From positions 18 through 64,017 of the forward strand of contig JAPKNN010000012.1 of NCBI GenBank assembly GCA_040266715.1: a stretch of 64,000 nucleotides of DNA, written 5' to 3'. Below the pieces are notes generated by a model that saw nothing but the letters and a program-made list of their open reading frames with translations, ran no database searches and was not told where the DNA came from. The stretch comes from Paracoccaceae bacterium. GTDB taxonomy: Bacteria; Pseudomonadota; Alphaproteobacteria; JAPKNN01. A program made the translations under genes and the position numbers. Positions 1-8,533 of the stretch are shown here, in pieces (positions within the stretch are counted from its first letter, which is position 1; the number at the start of each line of letters is the position of its first letter).

Positions 1-1
1 C

Positions 2-538
2 TTTTCGCGCCTTCTCATTGATCCCAACCGAGGGGAAGATGATCCCACTCTTATCATGCAAATTTCAGATGGTGCCCGTGTTCCTGGCAATATTGGTATT
101 ACCGCCGCACAAAAAGAAAAACGTCTTACCACCTTCTATGATCCTTATCATAATGTTATATCCCGCGAAATAACGAAGCAAAAAAAGAAAGGTAAACCGC
201 AACTCGTTATATCTATACATAGCTTTACCCCTCTATTTAACGGTAAAAAACGTGTTATAGATGCCGCAATACTATCAGACCCGTATAGCCATGATATCTG
301 TTGTAGGTTCTTACCCTTTTTTACAAAAGCTTGTCCTGAATTTACCATTTCACTTAATCAGCCCTATAAAGGCGGCATCAAATGCGATACATTAGATCGT
401 CATTGTTCGCGTGCGCATATTGATTCATTGTTATTTGAGTACCGTCAAGATCATATAGGCTGCAAGGAGGGTATTGATTTATGGAGTAAAAAAACAAAAG
501 AAGCGTTGGATCACTTCATACAACAGACCTATTCTTAA
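2..538 (+). CDS. N-formylglutamate amidohydrolase family protein, 5'-partial (reading frame open to window start)
   Basis: Translation from position 2 gives FSRLLIDPNRGEDDP...; the ISIHSFTPLF and IDPNRG motifs are typical of the FGase/N-formylglutamate amidohydrolase family; the upstream in-frame sequence has no stop. Confidence 0.55.
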   Translation, partial: FSRLLIDPNRGEDDPTLIMQISDGARVPGNIGITAAQKEKRLTTFYDPYHNVISREITKQKKKGKPQLVISIHSFTPLFNGKKRVIDAAILSDPYSHDICCRFLPFFTKACPEFTISLNQPYKGGIKCDTLDRHCSRAHIDSLLFEYRQDHIGCKEGIDLWSKKTKEALDHFIQQTYS

Positions 539-560
539 ATATAAGCTCTGTTAGAATTTT

Positions 561-1001
561 TTATACAGCATATTTTTTGATAATTTTTTGATTAAGTTGA
601 TATAAATGATCTAAATTATCTTTTGCTATATTCTCTATTTCTGTATCATCTCTGATATTTAGCTCTTCAGCACATTTTATAATACGTATATATTCTGCAA
701 AAAGGGATTTGGGTAATACACTTAGATCATCAACGCTATCAATCAAATCTAAAAGAACCCTGCCCATTTTTTGTATATCAACATACCCCATAGTATCAGC
801 ATTACCTACAAGATCATGTATTGCTATATATAATTTCTTTTTCTTATTAGCATTCGTACCACTATGAAGAATATCAGTAAAAACTGCATACAGATTATCC
901 AGATCTTTTTTTATCCACTTACAAAAATTATGGGAGATGCCTTCAAGAGCTTTCTGGGCATTCTCAATTCTTTGTTCTTCCTCAAGTGATAGCGTTTGCA
1001 T
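561..1001 (-). CDS. Small hypothetical protein, possible Hpt (histidine phosphotransfer) domain
   Basis: 146 aa; AIHDLVGNADTMGY resembles the Hpt H-x-x-K/x-G-x-A-x-x-x-G motif. The match is weak. Confidence 0.3.
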   Translation of the reverse strand: MQTLSLEEEQRIENAQKALEGISHNFCKWIKKDLDNLYAVFTDILHSGTNANKKKKLYIAIHDLVGNADTMGYVDIQKMGRVLLDLIDSVDDLSVLPKSLFAEYIRIIKCAEELNIRDDTEIENIAKDNLDHLYQLNQKIIKKYAV

Positions 1002-1155
1002 AGAGTTTAATTCGTTATCAAATAAAAGATTATATTAGTTGCAAAATTATATAAAAATTGTTCCTAAAAAAATTATAAAATATCTCAGATACGCTTGTAT
1101 AAGGTATTATATACAAAAAAGTATTTAAATATTATTAATCTTTGCCCTTGTATGG

Positions 1156-1593
1156 TCACGATAAATATTCGGAAAAGTATTTCACTATTTTAGTTTCGAG
1201 TTGATTTCTTAATTCTCTGTAACCCCACAAAATTTGTTCTCTATTCCCCTGCAATAGAGAGGGGTCGGGGCAAGGCCAATGAAATGTCTCACAATTATGC
1301 TCATCTGCGTACAATAATGCTCCATGTCGTGCTTCAGGCGAAAGAGAAATAACTAAATTTACGTCTGCTTTTACTGCTTTTATATGCGTAGGAACGTGAG
1401 TAGATATATCAATATCTACTTCTTTCATCACTGCCACTGCAAAATCTAACGGAGGTTCTATATTATGCCTTACACCTGCAGAAATAGCCTGTATGTGTGT
1501 TGGATAGTGTTTGTGTGTAAGCCGTTGTGCAATAACCGATCTCAATCTATTGTTCGTACAAAGGTACATAACAATATAGGGCAAAAGGCTCAT
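1156..1593 (-). CDS. Low-molecular-weight phosphotyrosine protein phosphatase / ArsC-like arsenate reductase family
   Basis: N-terminal P-loop LCTNNRLRS fits the C-x5-R(S) LMW-PTP signature; 145 aa is the typical size. Confidence 0.6.
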   Translation of the reverse strand: MSLLPYIVMYLCTNNRLRSVIAQRLTHKHYPTHIQAISAGVRHNIEPPLDFAVAVMKEVDIDISTHVPTHIKAVKADVNLVISLSPEARHGALLYADEHNCETFHWPCPDPSLLQGNREQILWGYRELRNQLETKIVKYFSEYLS

Positions 1594-2231
1594 ACTGTAT
1601 TCCGTTTTTTTAAACTACAAATAAGTGTAAATAAACTTCTTGCCGTTTGTATATCTATCTCTAATTTTGATAAGAGATGCTCTCTTAACATATTACTTGC
1701 TTCATTATGCATGCTTCTACGTGTTATATCTATGGCTTCTATTTGCTGAAGACTCATATTTTTAACTGCCCACGAATAGCTTTCACAAATATCAAAATAT
1801 TCTTTCATAATACTTTTGAAGGGGGTTAAGGAAATAATGAATTGATAAAAATCAATATTTTTACCATGAGAATTGGTCAAGGATTTTTCACCACCTTCGT
1901 TTACCTCATCACTCTCAAAAAAAGCTTGATAGGGAGTGCTGTCTTGGTATTTTTCTTTATACATATCGCAAATAGGGCCATACACTTCTAAAATTAATTG
2001 TTTAGCCTGCAAACGAATATGCACATGATATGGCGGCATAACATGATTTTTGAGTTTAAATGTATTATCGACCAATACATCACGTATAGCGACACGCCTA
2101 TCTTCTAAAACCTGCTCTGGTGTATAACTAAGGTTTACACTATTAACCGTTAAATGAATTATATCGGACGGCTTTAGAGAAAGCTTCTTTTCTGGCTTGT
2201 TGTTTGAGTGGTAATGAAAATGATTGTTCAT
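1590..2231 (-). CDS. UPF0262 family protein (true start probably internal)
   Basis: EDRRVAIRDVL, SLTPFKSIMKEYFDICESY and RSLFTLICSLK match the conserved UPF0262 blocks of alphaproteobacteria; hisD-adjacent as in Rhizobiales. Confidence 0.6.
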   Translation of the reverse strand: MNNHFHYHSNNKPEKKLSLKPSDIIHLTVNSVNLSYTPEQVLEDRRVAIRDVLVDNTFKLKNHVMPPYHVHIRLQAKQLILEVYGPICDMYKEKYQDSTPYQAFFESDEVNEGGEKSLTNSHGKNIDFYQFIISLTPFKSIMKEYFDICESYSWAVKNMSLQQIEAIDITRRSMHNEASNMLREHLLSKLEIDIQTARSLFTLICSLKKRNTV

Positions 2232-2252
2232 TTTTTTCGTACATATTGAACG

Positions 2253-3551
2253 TTATGATCTTTTGATAGCTGCTGCTGCTGCGTGGGCTAATAGGCCCTC
2301 AGCTTTGGCTAAGGTTATCGTCGTTTCTCTTAACATTTTAGCACTTTTTTCTGAACATTCTAATAATGCTATTTTCTTCATATAATCGTCAACTGATAAC
2401 CCCGAGCAAAATCGTGCTGTTCGGGCTGTTGGTAAAACATGGTTAGAACCAGCACTATAATCACCAAATACCTCCGCTGTATGGCGTCCAATAAATATCG
2501 CCCCAGCATGCTTAATATGCGGTATCAGTTTGTGTGGATCCTCTAGCTGTAATTCTAAATGTTCTGGCGCAATCATGTTAACAAGCGATATACATTGATC
2601 ATTAATCGCCTCAACAACTATGAGCGCACCCCATTGTAACCAACTCTTATGCGCTAAATTTTCTTTTGGAAGGTTTTTTAATTGCTTTTCAATGGATTTT
2701 TCAACTTTCTTTGCTAACTCCATACCTTGTACGATTGCAATTGCTTGAGCATTTTCGTCATGTTCCGCCTGCGCGAGTAAGTCAGCCGCTATAACATCTG
2801 GACAGGTTTTCTTATCGGCCAATATCAGTATTTCAGAAGGGCCAGCTATCATATCTATGCCACATTGGCCAAACACATTTTTTTTAGCAAGAGCAACAAA
2901 ATCATTACCTGGCCCCACTATTTTATCTACATTTTGTATTGTTTGCGTTCCATAAGCTAAGGCCGCTACGGCTTGTGCGCCTCCGATATTCCATATTTCT
3001 TCTATTCCTAAAATTGTAGCCGCAGCACAAATTGTAGGGTTAATTATACCTTGTGGCGTTGGCGTTACCATGACAATACGCTTTACGCCAGCAATCTGTG
3101 CGGGAATTGCATTCATTAAAACACTACTGGGATAAGCGGCCTTTCCTCCTGGTACATAAAGACCAACCGAGTCAAGTGGACGATAACACCATCCTAATTT
3201 AACGCCTATCGGATCTTCATAAACATAATCTTCTTTTTTCATACGAAGATGATGATTATAAATACGCTCATGTGCAAAAGACAGCGCATCTCGAACTTTT
3301 ATATCACATTGTTCAGCAATTTGTTTGCATCTATCAACCGACAATCTTAGCGTCTCAATATCGGGTACCGAAAAATTATCAAATTCTTGTGTGAATTCAC
3401 AAAGAGCCGTATCACCTAGTTTCTTAACGCGTTGAATGATAGCGTTGACTTTTTCTTCAATCGGTTTTAATTGATCCGTTTTTCTTGCAATAACTGTTTG
3501 TAATTGCTCATTATAATTTTTTGCTTGCAAATCTATTATACGTGCAGCCAT
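2253..3551 (-). CDS. hisD: Histidinol dehydrogenase
   Basis: 432 aa; conserved HisD blocks (IVGPGNDFV, AQAEHDENAQAI, SVDDYMKK). Confidence 0.92.
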   Translation of the reverse strand: MAARIIDLQAKNYNEQLQTVIARKTDQLKPIEEKVNAIIQRVKKLGDTALCEFTQEFDNFSVPDIETLRLSVDRCKQIAEQCDIKVRDALSFAHERIYNHHLRMKKEDYVYEDPIGVKLGWCYRPLDSVGLYVPGGKAAYPSSVLMNAIPAQIAGVKRIVMVTPTPQGIINPTICAAATILGIEEIWNIGGAQAVAALAYGTQTIQNVDKIVGPGNDFVALAKKNVFGQCGIDMIAGPSEILILADKKTCPDVIAADLLAQAEHDENAQAIAIVQGMELAKKVEKSIEKQLKNLPKENLAHKSWLQWGALIVVEAINDQCISLVNMIAPEHLELQLEDPHKLIPHIKHAGAIFIGRHTAEVFGDYSAGSNHVLPTARTARFCSGLSVDDYMKKIALLECSEKSAKMLRETTITLAKAEGLLAHAAAAAIKRS

Positions 3552-3569
3552 ACGCGGCGACCTATTCCT

Positions 3570-4241
3570 TTACTCTTTCAATAAATTGAAGGATTTTCTA
3601 AGACAGTTTATTCCTTTTTGTAAACCCGTCTCCTCGATTCCATGTCCTAAGCCCTTAACTTTATGCGTGTGGCATGATAATTTTTGTTGCTGAAAAATCT
3701 TTTTTGCTTCATCTAACATAAAAGGTGCGACAATATCATCATCTTCTCCATGAACTAATAAAAATTCCGTTTCAAATGGGTGCAAAAATTCTTGCGAGAA
3801 ATCTTTATCAGCCCCAATAAACATGCCCGAATAGCTGAGTATTGCCTTAGCAAAAATACGGCGCGTTAATCCTAAATATAAAGACAACATGCCTCCCTGA
3901 CTAAAGCCAGCCAAAGCATATTTATCAGCCTCTAATGCAAGATGGTGTATAACCTCATCAATATAATCGTTTACGCTTGATGCAATATTTTTGACTTGAT
4001 GAAAATAATCGTCTTTTAAGGGATCTCTCAAATTAAACCACTGATACCCGATTCCCATTTCACATTTTTGAGGGGCATTAGGAAGAACATAGGTAAGTTG
4101 TGGAATGTGATGATAAAAATATTCGGCAATAGGTTTAAGATCATTAGCATCGGCTCCATAACCATGAAAAATGATAACAGCACCTTGTGATGTGTGTTCT
4201 TGTAGATTACCAACAACAATAGAATCAGAAAAATTCAGCAT
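3570..4241 (-). CDS. Alpha/beta hydrolase, phospholipase/carboxylesterase family
   Basis: 223 aa; GFSQGG nucleophile elbow, and an HG..D.....H-type arrangement late in the protein. Confidence 0.6.
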   Translation of the reverse strand: MLNFSDSIVVGNLQEHTSQGAVIIFHGYGADANDLKPIAEYFYHHIPQLTYVLPNAPQKCEMGIGYQWFNLRDPLKDDYFHQVKNIASSVNDYIDEVIHHLALEADKYALAGFSQGGMLSLYLGLTRRIFAKAILSYSGMFIGADKDFSQEFLHPFETEFLLVHGEDDDIVAPFMLDEAKKIFQQQKLSCHTHKVKGLGHGIEETGLQKGINCLRKSFNLLKE

Positions 4242-4352
4242 TTATATACCCTTTGCTATTTTACATTGCTGTATTTTTATATACTGTATAAAGCAACAAT
4301 AAAAATTGTATATAACACAATTTTGAATTTAGTAAAATATACTATTATCAAA

Positions 4353-5531
4353 TTAGAAATTTATTCTTAATCCAAGAACTGTTTCATGATAGTTAAAGTT
4401 CTTTAAATAAACGCGTGCGTTGTTTGTAGCACTTGTTTGAATTTCTCCTATATTGACATATCTATACATAACATCTAAGCCAAAACTATCGGCTATTTTT
4501 ACGTACGCACCGCCAGCAAGATTAAACGCAAATTGTGTACCTTCTGAACCGTTATATATTATCTGTGATGTCGTTGTATTAAACAGGCGATTCAGTTTGT
4601 AGGAAGTTAATCCCCCCCCTGCACCAAGATAAAGATTAAAAAGCTTTGTTCTTAAGAAGGTTCCATATATATTACCATAACCATAAATCATAGAAATATC
4701 TGTTATAATCCTTTGGCCTGGACTTGCTAAGTTATAAGCTTGTACATCAGCTTTTGATTTAATTCCTCCAAATACTTCCGCACGCAAAAATCGGGAAAAA
4801 ACATTACCTATCCCTGCCTCAAAAGAAGGAGTTTCCTCTAATATTTCCCTTGACCAATTTTCTGTAAATGTATTTGACCTCACATGAAATTGTGGGGGAG
4901 TATCAAAAAAGGCATAACTTGCACGGGCAAAAATGTAAAAGGGGTAATCGGGTTCAACAATTTTTTGAACGATTTTTTTTGTTTTAATTACAGTTTTATT
5001 TTCTTTTACTTTTATAGATTCCGGCAATGGTGGTAATTGGGGGAAAGGTCCCAATGGTGCCACTTGAGGAAAAGTTTGTGGCGCAGGTGGTGCCATTTGA
5101 GGAAAAGTTGGCGGCAATGGAGGAGGTGCTAAAGGTTGTCCTTGTCTTCTAATTGGAAGCTTAATATTAGGCACAATTATACGCGGTGGCAAGGGTTTTT
5201 GTACCTTTTTCTTTATAATTTTCTGCTTAACTACCTGTTCTTGGTTTACAGGAGGTGCAGGTGGGTAGACATATGGAGCCGGAGCAGGAGGTCGGAAAGG
5301 ATATGGTTGTGGCACATACTGACTAAACCTGCTATTTAAAAGATGAGGATAAATACCTATATTTACATTACTCGCTTTATTTCTGCGGTTAGCATCATAA
5401 TGCGTGTGAGGCTTGTTATCAAATGTAAGATTAAGGTTAGATGAAGGTAGATTCGTTGCTTTTACACCGCTTATAGGTATAAAAATTGATAAAGAACACA
5501 AAACTACAATTATTATTACTCTAAAAAGCAT
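4353..5531 (-). CDS. Outer membrane protein with proline-rich N-terminal region and C-terminal beta-barrel (Omp25/Omp31-like)
   Basis: Signal peptide; PAPAPYVYPPAPP / PPLPP proline-rich block; C-terminal alternating-hydrophobic strands ending in F. Confidence 0.55.
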   Translation of the reverse strand: MLFRVIIIVVLCSLSIFIPISGVKATNLPSSNLNLTFDNKPHTHYDANRRNKASNVNIGIYPHLLNSRFSQYVPQPYPFRPPAPAPYVYPPAPPVNQEQVVKQKIIKKKVQKPLPPRIIVPNIKLPIRRQGQPLAPPPLPPTFPQMAPPAPQTFPQVAPLGPFPQLPPLPESIKVKENKTVIKTKKIVQKIVEPDYPFYIFARASYAFFDTPPQFHVRSNTFTENWSREILEETPSFEAGIGNVFSRFLRAEVFGGIKSKADVQAYNLASPGQRIITDISMIYGYGNIYGTFLRTKLFNLYLGAGGGLTSYKLNRLFNTTTSQIIYNGSEGTQFAFNLAGGAYVKIADSFGLDVMYRYVNIGEIQTSATNNARVYLKNFNYHETVLGLRINF

Positions 5532-5805
5532 GTGAAATACTTACTCTATACAAATAGATCTGTTCGCTAAACACGATAAAAGAATCTATTTTACTAAACT
5601 TGTTTACCAGATGCCGTATTGTAATTAAATTATATTAAAATATTATGAATATTTAACGTAAGACGTATAATAAGCTGGCCCTTCGAAGACATAATTTAAA
5701 AAACATCGTTGCTTCACTATATTTTTTTTGCTATGGTGTTAATTATAAATGTAGTAAATCCCTATAGTTATTGTCCTAAAGCATATTACAGTCTATGTAA
5801 GCTCT

Positions 5806-7050
5806 ATGTATGATGTCAAAAATAAAGAAATAATAAAAAGAAATTTTATTCAAGCGAATAGACGCAAAAAGCAGTACGCTTTTTTGTTAGTCTTGCCCTT
5901 GCTACTTTTTGTCTCATGCTTTTTCGTGTGGCCAATCGCCGATATGTTGATGCGAAGCTTTCATAACGATACGATTATGCGTATATTGCCAAAAACAAGC
6001 GCAGCTCTGGAAGAATGGGATTATGTCAACACACCTGGTGAGGAGGCTTTTAAAGCCATAATTCTTGATATCAATGAGGCCAAGCATAATAAAACAATAG
6101 GAAAAGTGGCTACAGCCATCAATTTTAATTTGCCTGGCACACGTAGCATGATTACACGTTCTGCACGCAAAGTATCCCGTCTTGATCTGAGTACCGTTAA
6201 ACATTATAAAAAAACTCTTATAGATATTGATAAACGTTGGGAGCAGAAAGATATCTGGACGGTTATCGCACTTACCGCCCCCAATATTTCTTTTTCTTAT
6301 TATCTCACAGCTCTTGATTTGCGTTACAACGAAAATGCTGAAATTGTACCACAAGTAGCGGAAAGACGTATATATTTACAATTATTCTGGCGAACTTTGT
6401 TTATCAGTGCAACGGTAACATTCTTGTGTATTCTACTGGCCTATCCTGTATCCTATTATTTATCAATTTTGCCTCTACGTATTAGTAATATATTACTTAT
6501 CTGTGTCTTGCTTCCATTTTGGACTTCTCTACTGGTTCGTACAACGAGTTGGATTGCTTTATTGCAAAGCCAAGGTGTGCTAAACGACATTCTTGTAGCC
6601 CTACATATAATTGATGATCAGGGGAGATTACAGCTTATGTTTAATCAAACGGGTACAATCATTGCTATGACGCATATCCTACTACCGTTTATGATTATGC
6701 CCTTATTCAGTGTGATGAAGACGATATCGCCTAGCTATATGCGTGCGGCAACATCGCTTGGTGCCACTCCTTTTTATGCCTTTATTAAAATTTATTTTCC
6801 TATGACACTTCCAGGTATAGGCGCGGGATCCATTCTTGTTTTTATCTTGTCAGCTGGATATTATATCACGCCCGCCCTCGTTGGTGGAAGTAAAGGACAG
6901 TTGATTAGCAATATGATAGCATACCATATGCAAAAATCCCTTAATTGGAGTTTGGCCGCTGCACTTGGTGTTCTTTTGCTTGTTATCGTATTGGTATTGT
7001 ATTGGCTATACGATAAAATTGTTGGTATTGATAAAATGAAATTAGGTTAA
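5806..7050 (+). CDS. ABC transporter permease (PotB/spermidine-putrescine-like) with ~150-aa periplasmic insertion after TM1
   Basis: Binding-protein-dependent permease EAA-type loop (SLGATPFYAFIKIYFPMTLPG); multiple TM helices. Confidence 0.75.
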   Translation: MYDVKNKEIIKRNFIQANRRKKQYAFLLVLPLLLFVSCFFVWPIADMLMRSFHNDTIMRILPKTSAALEEWDYVNTPGEEAFKAIILDINEAKHNKTIGKVATAINFNLPGTRSMITRSARKVSRLDLSTVKHYKKTLIDIDKRWEQKDIWTVIALTAPNISFSYYLTALDLRYNENAEIVPQVAERRIYLQLFWRTLFISATVTFLCILLAYPVSYYLSILPLRISNILLICVLLPFWTSLLVRTTSWIALLQSQGVLNDILVALHIIDDQGRLQLMFNQTGTIIAMTHILLPFMIMPLFSVMKTISPSYMRAATSLGATPFYAFIKIYFPMTLPGIGAGSILVFILSAGYYITPALVGGSKGQLISNMIAYHMQKSLNWSLAAALGVLLLVIVLVLYWLYDKIVGIDKMKLG

Positions 7051-7054
7051 CTAT

Positions 7055-7966
7055 ATGCCACCACCGATTTATGCTTCAAAAATAGAAACTATATGGTATT
7101 ATGTTTTTCGTATTATTGCCTTTGCTGTTTTATTTTTCTTAATTGCACCAATTTTTATTATCATTCCGTTATCATTCAATTCTGAGCCTTATTTTTCTTT
7201 TACATCGGGAATGCTCAGCCTTGAATCCGCCGCCTATTCCTTACGCTGGTATATGGATATCTTGCAAAATGGTATGGTGAATCCCGATGCCGAATTTTCT
7301 TTAAGTTGGTTAGCTGATAGTTGGCAAAATGCGCAATGGATACATTCCATGAAAAATAGTTTGTTTATTGCCATTTTTTCTACAATTTTATCAACAACCT
7401 TAGGCACTCTTGCTGCTTTGGGACTTTCGCGTCCCGATATGCCATATCGTAAACTCACAATGGCTATTTTGATTTCTCCTATGATCGTGCCTTTGATCAT
7501 CACCGCGGCTGGGATGTTTTTTTTCTTCTCTAAAATTGGTTTATCGCAAACATATATTGGTATTATCTTTGCTCATACAATTTTGGGAACACCTTTCGTT
7601 GTTATTACCGTAACAGCCACTTTGATGGGTTTTGATAGACGCTTAATACAAGCTGGCATGAGTTTAGGTGCAACGCCTACATATGTTTTCTTCAAGGTCG
7701 TAATGCCTTTAATACTTCCAGGCGTTATTTCAGGAGCCTTATTTGCTTTTGTTACATCTTTTGATGAAATCGTTGTTGTTCTATTTTTATCAAGCTTTGA
7801 ACAGCGTACAGTACCAAGACAAATGTGGTCTGGTTTACGAGAACAAATTAGTCCTACCATTCTTGCTATGGCTACTATTTTAGTACTCCTGTCTGTTTCA
7901 CTGCTTGCGACGTTAGAATTACTTCGCCGACGTACCGAAAGACTCAGAGGAACAATTCCTCAATAG
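7055..7966 (+). CDS. ABC transporter permease (PotC-like)
   Basis: EAA loop (SLGATPTYVFFKVVMPLILPG); 6 TM helices; the start is 4 nt after the upstream permease stop. Confidence 0.75.
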   Translation: MPPPIYASKIETIWYYVFRIIAFAVLFFLIAPIFIIIPLSFNSEPYFSFTSGMLSLESAAYSLRWYMDILQNGMVNPDAEFSLSWLADSWQNAQWIHSMKNSLFIAIFSTILSTTLGTLAALGLSRPDMPYRKLTMAILISPMIVPLIITAAGMFFFFSKIGLSQTYIGIIFAHTILGTPFVVITVTATLMGFDRRLIQAGMSLGATPTYVFFKVVMPLILPGVISGALFAFVTSFDEIVVVLFLSSFEQRTVPRQMWSGLREQISPTILAMATILVLLSVSLLATLELLRRRTERLRGTIPQ

Positions 7967-8175
7967 CTAATTCTATCCACTCATAGAAAAAAGTAGCTAT
8001 ACAATTAAGTCCCATAAAAATATCATTTTTTATTTACCTTTATATACAATCTATTGAAAAATTTTTATAAAAATTTTTCAACGAGTTTTTTTATGAAGAT
8101 TTTTATAAAAATTTCAATATTTATTTAGATTTACACCGCATAGTAATCTAGGTCTTAAGATAAAATGGTATAATT

Positions 8176-8433
8176 ATGGATAGAGAAAAGACATTACGTT
8201 TTATGAGATTCTTCTCAAAATTTTGTGTCGCTTCAATCGTTGCTGGTATTATTCTGTCACAAATGCAGTTTAAGCCAGATTCTTTTTTTTCTGAAATTGG
8301 TATTAGTACTGATGAGATCATCAATTTTATTGTTAAAACGTTTGAATGGATTATCCCTCATTTTACGGTCGGTGCAATGTTTGTTGTTCCCTTGTGGTTA
8401 CTCATTCACCTGTTCCGCCCTCCTAAAAACTAG
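8176..8433 (+). CDS. Hypothetical small membrane protein
   Basis: 85 aa with two hydrophobic helices; no recognisable family. Confidence 0.2.
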   Translation: MDREKTLRFMRFFSKFCVASIVAGIILSQMQFKPDSFFSEIGISTDEIINFIVKTFEWIIPHFTVGAMFVVPLWLLIHLFRPPKN

Positions 8434-8533
8434 CACGCGTTCAATTATAGGTCTAATCCTATACATTTACACAAAACATAGATAATGGCTTTCCAAGCCA
8501 ATAACGCGCTGAAAGTATATGTATACTATTCTA

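Noticed and set aside
5914-6354. 146-aa minus-strand ORF inside the first ABC permease
   Set aside because: Antisense overlap with a gene carrying clear permease motifs; the translation is low-complexity.
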